From the NCBI RefSeq assembly GCF_004010195.1, contig NC_057711.1:71874521-71914071 (forward strand): 39,551 nucleotides of DNA, in the 5' to 3' direction. Below, piece after piece: positions 24,007-36,923 of the stretch (position 1 is its first letter; the number at the start of each line of letters is the position of its first letter). A model generated the notes under the pieces. That model was not told the DNA's origin and did no database searches. It saw only the letters and a list, made by a program, of their open reading frames with translations. The translations under genes and the position numbers were made by a program. Source of the DNA: Chiloscyllium plagiosum. Its lineage: Eukaryota.

Positions 24007-24210
24007 CGAGTGTGGTGCTGGAAAAGCGCAGCAGGTCAGGCAGCATCCAAGGAGCAGGAGAATCGACGTTTTGGGCATAAGCCCTTTATCAGGAATCTGA
24101 TGATGCCCTAAACTTCGAATCTCCTGCTCCTCAGATGCTGCCAGATCTGCTGTGCTTTTCCAGCACCACACTCTCAACTCTGATCCCCAGCATTCGCAGT
24201 CCTCACTTTC
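24007..24210. mobile_element. Penelope-derived fold-back element
   Basis: Inverted arms gtgtggtgctggaaaagc / gcttttccagcaccacac with degenerate ctgat(g/a)a cores; tail of the 10320-10364 family. Confidence 0.85.
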
Positions 24211-25429
24211 TACTGTGTACCACAGCAGAAGGGCCGTTCCCTGTTGAACTATTGCAAAGTCAACCTCAAGATGTAGTGTGTTGCTTGTCATGTAGTCCTG
24301 GATGTTGGAGTGTACCAGTTTGCAACACATGGTCTAAATTGTGATTTTAATCAATTGCTTAGTTTCTTCAATGGGAGAAACAGCTTTACATCTGGTGGTA
24401 CAGTTAATCACAAGCATAGATCTGATGATTGCAACAGGAAGATAAGCTAACAATTGAGCCACGAGTGATTTTTTTTTAATCTAACCAGACAGGTTTGGTT
24501 AAAATTATCCCTTTGCTTTTATAAGCTGATTACTTTGCAATACCATTTAGCTTTGTTTAAGTGCACCACTTCTTGTTGTTTATTCACTATCAAATTGCAT
24601 TTTTAAGGACTCATTGCCCAGTGAAGGGAGTTAAGTACAATCTCTGTCATTTTGCGTTCAACTTATTGTGAATAACTGAATCTAACATTTTCCTGAAGTC
24701 ACTTTCACAATTTCCATTCGGCTATGACTGTTTTTGTTAGCCAAGGCACTGAGATAGAGCATTAAGTAAACATTCCCTGCTATTATCAGTCATGCCTTTC
24801 AATGGGAGTAGGTCATAACCCAATCACTGATTGGACGTTTGCCTGCAAATCTGCAGGGTTCAGAGCAGTGACACAAATATCATACAACTGTCACTTAAAC
24901 TAATGATTATAAATTATGCACAGGGTCAGATCCACTCAGTCACAAGTCATTTCCTCAGCCTCCCTCTGGACTGTTATATTCTGCTGTAGTGCTCAGTTTT
25001 CTTTCAGCTAGCTCTGCCGAGAAAGGTTACTGCAGAGAATCAGCTACACTGAACAAGGTCGCATCACAAACTCATGCAAGCAGGATTTTTCCATGACCTG
25101 AAAAGGTCTACAATGCGGGTATTGTACAAATGAGTTGTTAATGATTCAAATGGAGTATTTTCTGCACTCGTTTTCTTTAATTCAATATGTGTGTTTTGCC
25201 AGGTCAGGCTGATTTTTCTATCATTACTGCTGTACTATCTGTTAAACTGTGCGGGTTCCACCTTCATGATCTTGATTCTCCGAATCTTTACAGTCAAGGA
25301 GCCGATTTTTTCTATTTACTGCTACAGCCCCCAACCCACCACCCTCTGAATGGAAATTGGGCGGAACTCACTACAAAGCAAATAAAGACAAGTGAACACA
25401 TCCATGTTTGTTGATTCCACCAATTATAA

Positions 25430-25665
25430 AGACTACAACATTTTTTACATAGAGGGTGGCTCATATGTGGAATAAACTTCCTGAAGAAGTGGTGGATGTA
25501 GATACAATTACAATGTTTAAAAGGCACTTGGTTAAGTACATGAATAGGAAAGATTTGGAGGGATATGGGCCAGGAGTAGGCAGTGGGGCTAGTTTAGATT
25601 GGGATGATGTTCGGCATGGTCTGGTTGGACCATCATTTCCATGCTGTATGGCTTTATGACTCTAT
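25430..25665 (+). mobile_element. CR1 3' end
   Basis: WNKLPEEVV..FKRHL..MNRK and a tatgactcta tail. Confidence 0.88.
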
Positions 25666-28600
25666 AACATATTCCTGATGCAGGAATGACTCCCTAGAAG
25701 AAGCTAAAACTGAGAAGGAGAGGAGTGTGCTGCTGCTGGTTTTGTGGCTTTCTGACCACTGCCAGCTCCAAAAGAAGCCACTTATCTCTTGGTGTCTCAA
25801 CAAGTTAGACTCTCATTCAGTTTGCCAAACACACACCTTGGAAATTAATATTGGGGCATAGTATCATAGCATCAGTGTGCTTGCTCCAAGACAAATGCTT
25901 CATACCACCACCTCCCACCCCCTGCCAAGTAAAATACCTGGAAATGCATAAGGCAAAAAAAAGTTGAAGGCATGTTGCAGCATTTACCCCTCTGCTGTGC
26001 AATTAAAAATTAAGTGTATTTTGTGTGCGCAGCAGAACAGAATCTATTCCAGTTCTCCAACTATATTCAGATAAAAAGGAAAATAAAAGAACTGTGAAAA
26101 GAGAATGGCATTGAATGGTAGATGGAAAGAAAATAACAAACGAGTAGAACAAAATAACAAAGGCATTCCAGAAAGCAACAGGAGCAGAAACTAAAAAATA
26201 TGTTGACCTGAAAATTTTCTCGGATGGTACTCAAGGTCAGACTGCTCCTATTTCTTTTCATTTTATTTGTTTTGCACTGAAAAGCTTTGGAGACATTTCA
26301 GCATTTTAATGAATGAGTGTGTGAGGTGAGTGGGTGCAGTGGCAGGGTGGTCCGATGGGTAGGAAAACACTAAAGTGGAGGGGTGGCAGAGTGCTGTGAT
26401 GATAGGCTGGTACATATGTAATGTAGCACTGGATATGGTGGTAGGATGAAGAGATTGGCTCAGGTTGTATATAAGGTGCCAGGAAAGGTCGGAGTACCAG
26501 GGAAGGGCTAAGGGCATTTTTCCCTTCATGTCTATCTGGCCAAGCATCAAAAAACATGGTGGCTGGTGATCTATTGTTGATAGGTTTGGTACAGGCTTAA
26601 CCAAGCCAGCTCATTACCATGGGCACTTTGTACATGAAGGATGTCCTTGAAATTGTACAATACAAAGCCTGAGTCACCCTGAGAAAATATTTTTAAAAAC
26701 AATAAAAAAGAAGATTGCAAATGGCTGCCATGAAATTTGGCTGCAAGTTATAGTTTTACATCTGGGGTACACTCAGAACAAAAATTGTTTCTGGTGTGTG
26801 CAATTCTGCAGATGTTGCAATTGCCTCATTTCCCTCACCTGACCAGTGACTTCTCCTGAAACACACAAAATCGAGAAAAGCAATTCCTCAAGCCTCCTCC
26901 TCCTTGTCACTGTTATCATCAGGACAAACATTTCAATGAGATTTGATGCTTTTGATCCTCAGCAGTCATCCAGTTGATGACCAGACCTCACACCTAGGGG
27001 TGGATCTTGACTTTGCATCATTGTGTAAAACAATTTAATGCTGACAGATGAATTCAATTGAAAGGAAAATGGGGGAAAAGGGGCTGCCAAATTACTATCT
27101 TTAATTTTTGACTATCCACACACTCTCAGAACCATGTCAGAACTCAATCGATTCATGATTTTACATCTGTCTGATCAGCATAAACCAGTGATTAAGATTG
27201 AGAGCAGTATCCAATTTAAGATTGAAATCCTGAAGATAGCACTCAAATAAATGTAGTAACTGTAAAAGCTGGGGCACAAAATTGCTTTTTAAACAATGCC
27301 CACACAACAGTTTTAGTTTTATTTAAATATTTAGAATGAGCATATCTTCACTCTGATATTTTTTAACCTAATTTCACAGGCTTGTTTCAACTCTTCTAGC
27401 ACTGAAAATATATTAATATACACATATTTTAAAACAAAAAAAGACACATCCTATTCAGATGGAAGAGCAGAAACGTGCCTATGTAACAGATGACTGAGCC
27501 AGACAACAAAGAAAAGACAACTGTGTACAGAGCTCAAGATTGGCCAAACCTAAGCATCACAAGAAAAGCCTTTTGAGAGCAGTCAATGGGTCAGAGACAG
27601 CAGGTCTCAGGTCGAACCATGCAAGCTCAATTTGAAACAAATTGCAAATCAGGCATGAACATTTCTCAGCCTCTTTATGAAACATAAACAATTTAAAATA
27701 AATCAAATTAACAAACAGCAGTACTGCTGTTCAAGAAAAAAAAACAATCAGAATCTCTTTTACTGCCGGTACATAGAATAACAAATAATAGCAGCGAAAA
27801 ATTCAAATCAAGCCTTTTGTTCAACCATAGTGGAAGCCTCTGATGAGATTATTCCAGTCCAATCAGTCAATTTTACTGCCTATGACAATACTCATGCACT
27901 ATAACACATCTTTATTCAATTAATGATGAAACTAAATTGCAATGTACCTGACCAAATTGATGATGTATAGTAAGGATAATCTTCTTAATGAGAGGATATT
28001 ATTTAGAAAGCTACCACCCTACTCTTATTATTTTAATAATACTGGGATTAAGTCCTTTTCATGAAATATTTCTTTTCTGTTCGATGTGGGAAGCAGAAAG
28101 TACAAATAGATCCTATTGTGAGTCAGAATAGTATATTTAGTTGTTTTGATAGCACTTGAGTAGACAGGAGTTAGCAGTTCCTTAATTATTAAAGCCACAT
28201 TGTTGCTGGTTTCCATCAAGCTTAGATATTGTGTCCAGAAATATGTACTCCATTTATATAGATTGAATTACAGAGCTACAATCCACAGAAATTATGGTGA
28301 AACAAGTTGCTTTCGATCACTGAAGAGGAAACCTGCTTTCTACGATATAATTTTATACAGTGGACAATGGAATGATTGGTTCCCTTTTTCCTAACATCAC
28401 TAAATGCTTTATTTGGCTAAAGAGATTGTAAAAACTAGGCTTCGACTATTCGTATGCTGCAACCAAACAAGCTGACTTTGAAAAGAGGTTGGAGGCAGCC
28501 ACACAGGCAGCTGGTTGTGGAGACAGCTTGTTTAAAAGGCTCACCTCATGCTGTGGGAATTCGTCCCAATATTAATTAAAAAATGGCAATGCCTTCTAAA

Positions 28601-30619
28601 CTTCACTACCTATACTTACCCATGCCACCCCATGCACCTCCATTTATTCTCATGACACCTCATACCCGCCATGCCAAACTACTCTGTCCATCAACTCACC
28701 GATGGCGCCTCACACCCACCTCCCGCCATACCCTCCCCCACTACTGCCATGCCCATTCACTCACTGCATAAAATCAACAAACTCTGCTGAGACAATGAAA
28801 GTGTTCATTACTTGCCACTTGCTTTAAGAACAATCTTCTTACACAACAGGTCAATTATCATCCAGGCCCTTTAAAATATCAATAGTAGGAACTGTGTGCA
28901 CTTGAATGCTTTTAATAGTGCATAAATAAACATTGTACAATTGACAGAATAAGTCAAACCTAAGTAATGAGTAATTCAAAATTACTAGCTGTAACATTAA
29001 CTTACTCTGTCTTAAAAGAATCTGATGAGATGAGATGCAATGTTGATTTCATTTCTCACCAGAACTTTATCAAAATTAATATAAATTCATACTGAGTGGC
29101 TTACGAAACAGAATTTTTTCTTCCCAGCAAGCTCAGTTAACATTAACCTTATAATGAATTCAGAAAAGATACAAATGATAGATGTGCTAGTCTAGAAATA
29201 ATGAGGAATGCTGAAATGGAACATCCTCTTTTCATGTGACAAGTTTTTATTATTGTATTCAATCACTGAATGCAACCTTTTTTGGCAAGATTAGCATCTA
29301 TTTAATAAACAGAAATCAAAGTTCTGGAGTTAAAGGCTGAGCTGTTAGTTCAGGATAATTCCAAACTTGAGAATACCACCTCTGAGATGCTGAAGTCTTG
29401 ACGGAATACCTCTGCTCAATTCACAACAGTGAAGGAAGAATTGAAAGAGAAAGAGTGGAAGCAAATGAACTGCAAGATTTTCAATCCAATTTAAAGATTG
29501 CAGGTTCACTGGAGACTCACTTGCAAAGCAGGTCAGGCTCAGCAGGAGCGGTTAGAGTAACATTGGCTTGAGCTCAAAGCTATGCTGCATGAGATGACAG
29601 ATCTACAAAGTTAGATGCACAGCAATGAGTTACAAATCACTCATGGGACAACCCTTTCAGAAATAAATTCCAGCAATGACGCTCTAGTGAAAGTATTCAA
29701 GCAGGCACAGAGGAAGTCAAACAACTACTGAAGCCATAAATGGATGGCATCAAAACTACCAAGAAAACAAAAAGAAAATTCAAAGCACTAGACAGTTATT
29801 ACAGCAAATTATGAAGGAGAAAGTATTGTTGACTAACAGAAGGCTAAATTTTGCTAGAATTAAAAGAATCCAAGGTATAAAATCAGAGGCTTCGAAGTGA
29901 GATAAAAGTCCTTAAGGAACAAAACTGTTCATGTGATTGGAATGACTTGAAACAGCTTGAGGAGGAAGTTCACTTAATGGTTAATCTGGAACAAAACTTG
30001 GCTATTCTGCAGAATAAGCAAATTCTGGAAAATCAACAGCAGACCAAGTAAAACCTGATAATACAAATATGAATGACAGAATGGTATCACTGAGGCTGGG
30101 CAAATCAATGACATCCAGATAAAGGCACCATCACAAATGAGATCTGGATATATCAGCAAGTCACGTATCCATTATAAAGAATCATAGTCTTACTCATTAT
30201 TGTAAACAGTTAGACTTACTTTTGGCAAAGAAGAGATTGTTATTTGTGTGTTTTACTTTTAAGAGTGTGTCTACAATGCTGTGAACTCTGCCTGGCTGCC
30301 AGTCTGTTTTGGGTTTGCAGTTCCAAACACAAAGAAATCAATTGGTATGCTGTACTCTGTGCTTTATAACTTGTAATGTGTTTTACTATTTCAAATAAAA
30401 AAAACCACAGAAGTGAGCATCTGATTATTAAACCAGTATCAACAGCATTATATTGCCCATCTCTTAAAAAAAAATTGCCCATAACTTGGCAGAGTTACTT
30501 TACAGTCAACGTTAAACTACTTATTGGGAGATTTCTTTTTAAATTTTCTCTAACTTCATCAATTTTCTCCCCCTCCTCTTCAGGAGCCATTGATTTTGGT
30601 TTTGGAGAATTGCTGCATT

Positions 30620-30938
30620 GACACTGGGGTCCTCTTAGAACCCCAGTTGTCTGTGCATACCTTAATAGTCAATATTGGTAGTCTAGTCAGTCACAGGATA
30701 CATTACAATCAACTCCAGCCAGTTCACAGCCAATTGCCACATACTGTGACTCACGTTTGTCGACAGTAATGAGGATTTTTCCCTCCCTAACGCCCTGATG
30801 CTGAAGCCAAACATAGTGCCTCGACTGCCACCCTGGTTGCAATCTCCTCATTTAGTACGGAAGAGGAACTGGGCTTTGAGCTTATTGATCCGAATGGTGC
30901 AGCTGCTCACTGTATCAACTCACTGAGCCATCAGGGGA
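30620..30938 (-). mobile_element. Degenerate tRNA-derived SINE
   Basis: Minus-strand A-box-like tggctcagtgagtt head followed by a ~300-bp body. Confidence 0.4.
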
Positions 30939-33900
30939 ATGCATCAGAAGAAGATTGCTGGGAAACTGAATGCTGTGTATGAAAATTTAATACCACAATC
31001 TGAAGAGTAAGTGAATTCCCTGATCATCCCGGCACTGAAATATTTTACCAAAAACTCATCAGCACATGCTCATGTCGTTTACAGACCTAATTGAAAAATG
31101 ATTTAGCTGTCAAATGTTCCAATCATTGTTAAGATTATGAGTGCAAGCAGTGTTAGTCTTTTTTCCCCTTCTATGTTTGACAATTGTGTGGCTGTAAATG
31201 CAATCACTGACGAGCTCCCTACAGTGCAATTGCTACAAAATATTCATTGGATGTCAGCCCTATTTAAAGTCAAGTCCAACACACCTATTCATCTGTGTTA
31301 CGCTAACAGTGCGTCGTCTCAAATTAAACTACCATGAAACAGTGGCTGTTAATAATTTCTGCTATGATTTAGCATACTTGAAATAACAGGTGAAGATGTT
31401 GCGTGGCCAAGGCAATTACATTCTTTGTAATCTACAGCTGCCCATTTAATCAGAAATGGAACAAAGCCCCCTTGCTTCAAGAATGGCCGCTTGAGCTGCA
31501 ATCAGACTGTGTTTGTTATCCAGCAGAATGAATATGCTAACTGTCAGACCAGCTGCTTACTGGAAGGATTATCTTGTAAACTGTTTAAACAGACTGCAAT
31601 CATTGAGCAGAAGTGTATTTCTCAAAAGCTGCCACCTTAATGTCTCCAATTGCTGCCTGCATCAGTCAGGATCCTATGAAGTGTTAAGCTTTGGAGCAAA
31701 CATTGTCTACTCAGTATAAAGCACTAGATTGCTGCGTAGAAATTTTTGTTTCCTTTTCTGCTGACCCTTCTCTTTAGTGCAATCTATATTTTTCCTTAGT
31801 GAGGGATCTCTTGTGCCTATATTACATTTTTCAAATTTTATTTCAACCGATGCAATCTTTTACAGTAATTAGAATTTTGCGGTCCTACTATTTCTTAACC
31901 ATCCTGTTAAATTTGTAGCAGCATTTTTTTTTGTTGTTCCACATTATTAAATATATAAAGTTTGTTATCAAACCTTCAATTCAATACAATACAACCTTGC
32001 ACTTTCAGCTTTATGTTCCTGCACTAAATAAAATTATTTTCGGCCTCTCTTTCATGTCCTAATGTGTGCTTAATCTTCCCTGCTTCACACTCATTAATTC
32101 ACAGTGTCTCTTGCATTAACAAATGTTTATCTCTTTCATTGGATTTTGGATATTTGAACAGAATTTATTAAGCTTTGCAAGCTCTTAAATCCTTATGGAG
32201 CAAGACAATAAAAATAAATGTTCAAACCAAAGTGTTCGGCAAATAAAAGGCTGTAATAATATGCATGCCACCTTTTGAAATTCTAGAAATACTTGGATAT
32301 AATTTCCTAGTAGCAGGATTAAAATAGTCATGATTCTGTGGATTACTATAATAACCTATTCATTATCATAATACGCTTAAAAGGAGAAGTTGTTGCCATG
32401 GCTATTCATGATGTAGAAACATTAATAAATGTACTACTGAAAAGCAGATCAGCATACACACATAAAAATTAATTCACTGTATCAAATGAGGGGTTATTGT
32501 TGGTACCAAATATTTTCCTGGTTTGAAATACATTGACGTAACCACAGACAAAACTGATTACATCAAGCCATGGTTACAAGTATTGGCCAGCACGTCCACT
32601 GCTAGGCTGCTCCTGTTTGACAAGAAATAATTAAAATCTTCCATAAGTTAACCTTTATTAAGCTTTCGACATCAATTCGATTTAAATAAAATGGTAGCGG
32701 AAGAAACAGAGGAGGAAGTGACCTTGTGAGAGAGCAAAAGGGATGTTTGTATAGATTTTACTACACCTCTATTGTTGGATTGAAGCAATGCTAATTATAA
32801 TGTAAATACAGGAAGTTAAAATTTTTAAGCATGATATTAGAATATGATTATTCACCTTTTTTTAGGTTTTGAATTTGTATTCTGATGTTTCTTTTCCTCT
32901 GTTTTTGTACTCCATGCACTGGAGAATACAACTCTTCCAATTCAGACTCCTGACTTGAATTTCCATGAAAGAGAAATAAAAGTGTTTTTGATGATATCGA
33001 GGCAGTACAAAAAACAAAATTGTGTGGAGCGACATTCTGCTGAAACTAAAGCGCAAGTAATAACTGACCCATTGGAAGCATATTGGATCCCATTAAAAGA
33101 AAGAAAGAGTTTGGCCATGTGTTCCCTGACATTTTTGAAACTCTCTGCACATTTTCAATCCCTGCAAATCACTGCTGATCTGAAAGTGGTTGTGCAAAAC
33201 TGGAATGTTGATCCCCGAGTCAGAAAGAGATCAGAGAGTTGAAAGGTCACACCGTGCATTTCTGCAACACTAGTTTGGCAGGAAAGCACTTCCATTACTT
33301 AAAAGCCACAGGTTCTAAGCATTTGAAGGTGCTTTGTGAGAATATAAAGGGGCTGCTGCATAGTGGAAGAATGGACTTCCCTCTGATGAGAAGATTGATG
33401 AGAGCTTTTAAGTGGAAGAATGGATTCCAGGAGGGCACAGTCCTGTGTCTCCAGGAATTAAAGATCAACCTTTAGGACAGTGTCATGTAAAAACACTGGA
33501 GAAAAATCATAGGGACATTAAAAAATGTTTTTCTTTCTTCTTGTCATTTTCGTTGAACACTTCTCTTTACCAGAGAGAAAAGTTTTCAGAATGAGAGGTG
33601 AAAGTCAGTGGTCAAACATCATCCAATGACAAATAGTTAGTCTTCTTGCTTTCCATTTGATGTTGATGTCTTCCTTCACAAAGATGGATATGTTGACTGA
33701 CCAATGTGGAGGAAAGTTGTGATGAAACACTCAGGAATACATTTAGTCACAGTTTGTATCCTTAGTGACATAGGGTATCAGACCACTATGGTCTAAATTG
33801 GACTTTTACTCTGAACAGTATCTGAGAAACTTTCCCCAAAACCATGTCAGACATATTCTCGTTTGTACTTGCTTTAGAGCCTCTTGCCATTTGGATACTG

Positions 33901-34751
33901 CCTCACTCATGGCTGTGAAGATGTCAAGGGTACAAATTTTTGATGCATCTGGAGATTTCCATGTGTCTTTTGAGGCCTTAGTATCAAAAGTCAAAAAGTA
34001 CAAAGCATTTCTTTGCGGTTTTTTACAGGCCATGGATGCCCTGTTCAGGTTTGTCTCTGACTTCATACAGTTCCATATGAAGTGGAGAACAAACGCAGTT
34101 CATTGCTTTCGATTGGCGAGTTTCCCAGTACTGCAGGTGCCATTTATGCCTGGTTGGCTTCTTGTAAACCCCATAAACTAGAAGGAATGTCCAGATAGTG
34201 AGTGACTCCAGCCAACAATGAATGTAATTGCCTGCCACCTGGTGAAGAGCAGTCATGTATTTATTCTTAAGCAATCCCTTCATACAATTGTGAAATGCTG
34301 TAACGATCTAAAACGGTTACTACTAAGTGCCTTAAGCACAATATTGTGCAGATTTGGTGGAAAAACCGTTTAGGATCTTGAGGGATCCACCTGTCCATCC
34401 AGGTCCTTCTCAGAGTCTTTGTAACAATGTCTATCATATCAATGTAACTTGTACTTATTTGCCAAAATATAATAAACTATATCTTGTGTAAGACCAAAAC
34501 CTCTTATTTCCCAGCAAGTAATTTCCCAGTATCACAGCAGACGAAGTGGGCCGTGTAGAAATGAACCTTAACAGGTAATGTGAGTAGCAAACATGCCCAT
34601 GGTGAGCAGTAGTGCAGACAGTCTCATCCATCACAGTGGTCAGCAGTAAGGATTACACATGCTGTCTTAGCATGGATCCTTTGATCTTAAAAAGCTCTTG
34701 TTATTTGACAGGGCTGCTGACATAACCCTAGTTGTTCCAAATTCTCCATGA

Positions 34752-35083
34752 GAGACTCATAGAATCTTAACAGCATGGAAGCAGGCCATTCAGTGCACAG
34801 CAACCCACCGAAGAGAATCCCAATCGGACACCTTATCCCTGCATTTCCCATGATTAATCTACCTAGCCTACACATCCCTGGACACCAAGGGGAAATACAG
34901 CATGGTCAATCCACCTAATCTCCACAACTTTGGACGTTGGGAAGAAACCAGAGCACCCGAAGGAAACCCACGCAGACATGGGGAGAATATGCAAACTCCA
35001 CACAGTCACCCAAGGTAGGAAATTGAATCCAGGCCCCTGGCGCTGCAAGGCAGCAGTGCTAACCCACTAAGCTATCATGCCAC
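34752..35083 (-). mobile_element. HE1-type V-SINE
   Basis: tRNA-like head (tagcttagtgggttagcactgctgcc, ggattcaatt), V-domain gtggagtttgcatattctccccatgtctgcgtgggtttcc, LINE-like tail. Confidence 0.9.
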
Positions 35084-36315
35084 ATCACAACCTTTCTTTC
35101 TGTCATCTCTTTTCTGCATGTTCCTGCTTCTTCTTCACTTGTTGCAGCTTCTCCTGACGTCTCAGCAATAGAAAACCCAGTCAGGAGAGACATTTTCATG
35201 CCAAGGCCATTCTGCATATAAAATTGGTCCAATACAACCAAGGAAAATGCAGTTAGCTCCTGGATGAGAAGATGTGAGGAAAATTGGAACTATCCATATT
35301 AGCATCAAACCTACCTGGAAAGGAAATGACACAGTCTGAAATAGAGCAAATACGCTTCTATTTTGCACCAAAAATTAGCTTCTGACCCAGTATATGAAAA
35401 ACCACTTCTCACTGCACCACTGGTATTTTTACCACTTCCACTGTTTCCATCATCTAGCCTCTCAAGATAATATAATCAATTAAAGTCAAGTTAGAAATAG
35501 CTTGCAGTCTCAACCCAAATGCATTGAGTCTGCCAAAACACATTTCGCTTTGGACCTTACATCCCATCAATCTGGACTGGATTTGTTAATAGTTTCCAAG
35601 AGTGGAACACCAGTTTCAAATCACTTTGCCAAGTCTATTTGGAGGCATTCCTGGAGGTTTCATCGCATGACATTAGACCAGTGAATCCTGATGCGTATGA
35701 TAGCAGCTAAAGGAGATTTAGCAAATAATGAAAATTTTAGCAAGCACTAGGTGAGTTACTTGAAGAACAACAGAGGAATGAAGGAGAAACTATGATGTGA
35801 ATAACTCGCAGACCATTCAGCAAGGTCCAGAAGGACTAATATCACTTTTGGAACTGTGGATCAGTCACTGTGCTCAGGGGAAGAAAAAAAGATGGGAAGC
35901 AAAGTTTCTGAATGAAAGCAAAACTATTCACGCTATTTAACACATTGCTTTATAATCTAGTAAATCAGTGAGCTATCACAGTACCCAATTCTTAGATCCA
36001 ACTATTAAGTCATAGAGTTATTTACAGCACAGAAAGATGCCATTCAATGTATTCAGTCCATGCTGGCTTTCCCACTATGTATTTACATTGTGAACTCACC
36101 TTCGGAACCACACAGCATGCTTCTTGCAAATCTATTAATGGCAACAGCAATGTGAAAGACTATTGAATGAGAAAAAGGAACAGTGCTATAAAAAGAACAT
36201 GCAGGAAACCTATTTAATGAATGCATCACATCATGATAAGTCTTTTTTTGTCATAGCTTATCAACCTAGTGGACAATTATTACATTGCTTTCAACAGCTT
36301 GAGCCTAAGCGGTCT

Positions 36316-36321
36316 TTTATT
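36316..36321 (-). promoter_or_regulatory. Candidate polyadenylation signal (AATAAA) for the putative terminal exon
   Basis: tttatt on the + strand, about 450 nt downstream of the stop at 36774. Confidence 0.3.
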
Positions 36322-36773
36322 AATAAGCAGCTCCACTCCTTTTGTTAAGAAAATATTACAGCCAATCTCTCGAATGGGTAATTGCCCTCAGAGTGTATGT
36401 GAACAGTGCCAACTGGTATGAGGTATATATTCTATTCAATAATTAGTGTTGTACCTTTTGTCTTTACAGTTTTACAGTCATGGGTAACATCACTTTTCAG
36501 CCTATTTGAAATATCTTTACAGATTATGGCATTGCTAATACTGTTGGCTGTATGGATTTGACCTAAAGTGGAATATTCTCTGCAGAAACAGATGGATTCA
36601 GGACTGCACTGGGGTCCATAGATTGGCTGGCATACTGCCAGAATCATGCTGCTGGAGGCTCTATCAGTGCTGGCTGAAAAAGCAGCTCTGAATCTCAGTG
36701 TGAGAGAGGGAATATTACTCATGCTTCACTAACCACCGGCTCATTCTTCCCATTTCATTCGAGGTTTAGGCAG

Positions 36774-36923
36774 CTAAATTAGGTGAAATCTCAGTTTCTT
36801 CTTTCTATTTCTTTTGTTGTTTTTGGCCGGTTTCAAAGATTTGACCTTTAATCTGGGTGCTCGAGGAGAACCATACAATACTTGGACAGGTTTGGCCTGT
36901 CTAATTTCAAAGACTGATAGATA
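36774..36923 (-). CDS. Putative terminal coding exon of an unidentified host gene (basic C-terminus)
   Basis: T-rich acceptor tgtgtgttttattag| followed by YLSVFEIRQAKPVQVLYGSPRAPRLKVKSLKPAKNNKRNRKKKLRFHLI*; non-repetitive context; downstream AATAAA. Confidence 0.45.
   Translation of the reverse strand, partial: YLSVFEIRQAKPVQVLYGSPRAPRLKVKSLKPAKNNKRNRKKKLRFHLI

Noticed and set aside
26500..26830. Faint Harbinger-transposase-like peptide (LFLVCAILQ)
   Set aside because: Too few residues match to support the call.
28560..28770. C/A-rich Pro/His ORF (with an opposite-strand counterpart near 26310-26500)
   Set aside because: Low-complexity, probably repeat-derived; no coding evidence.
36432..36722. 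96-aa minus-strand ORF
   Set aside because: No recognisable domain; lies in the presumptive 3' UTR of the candidate exon.
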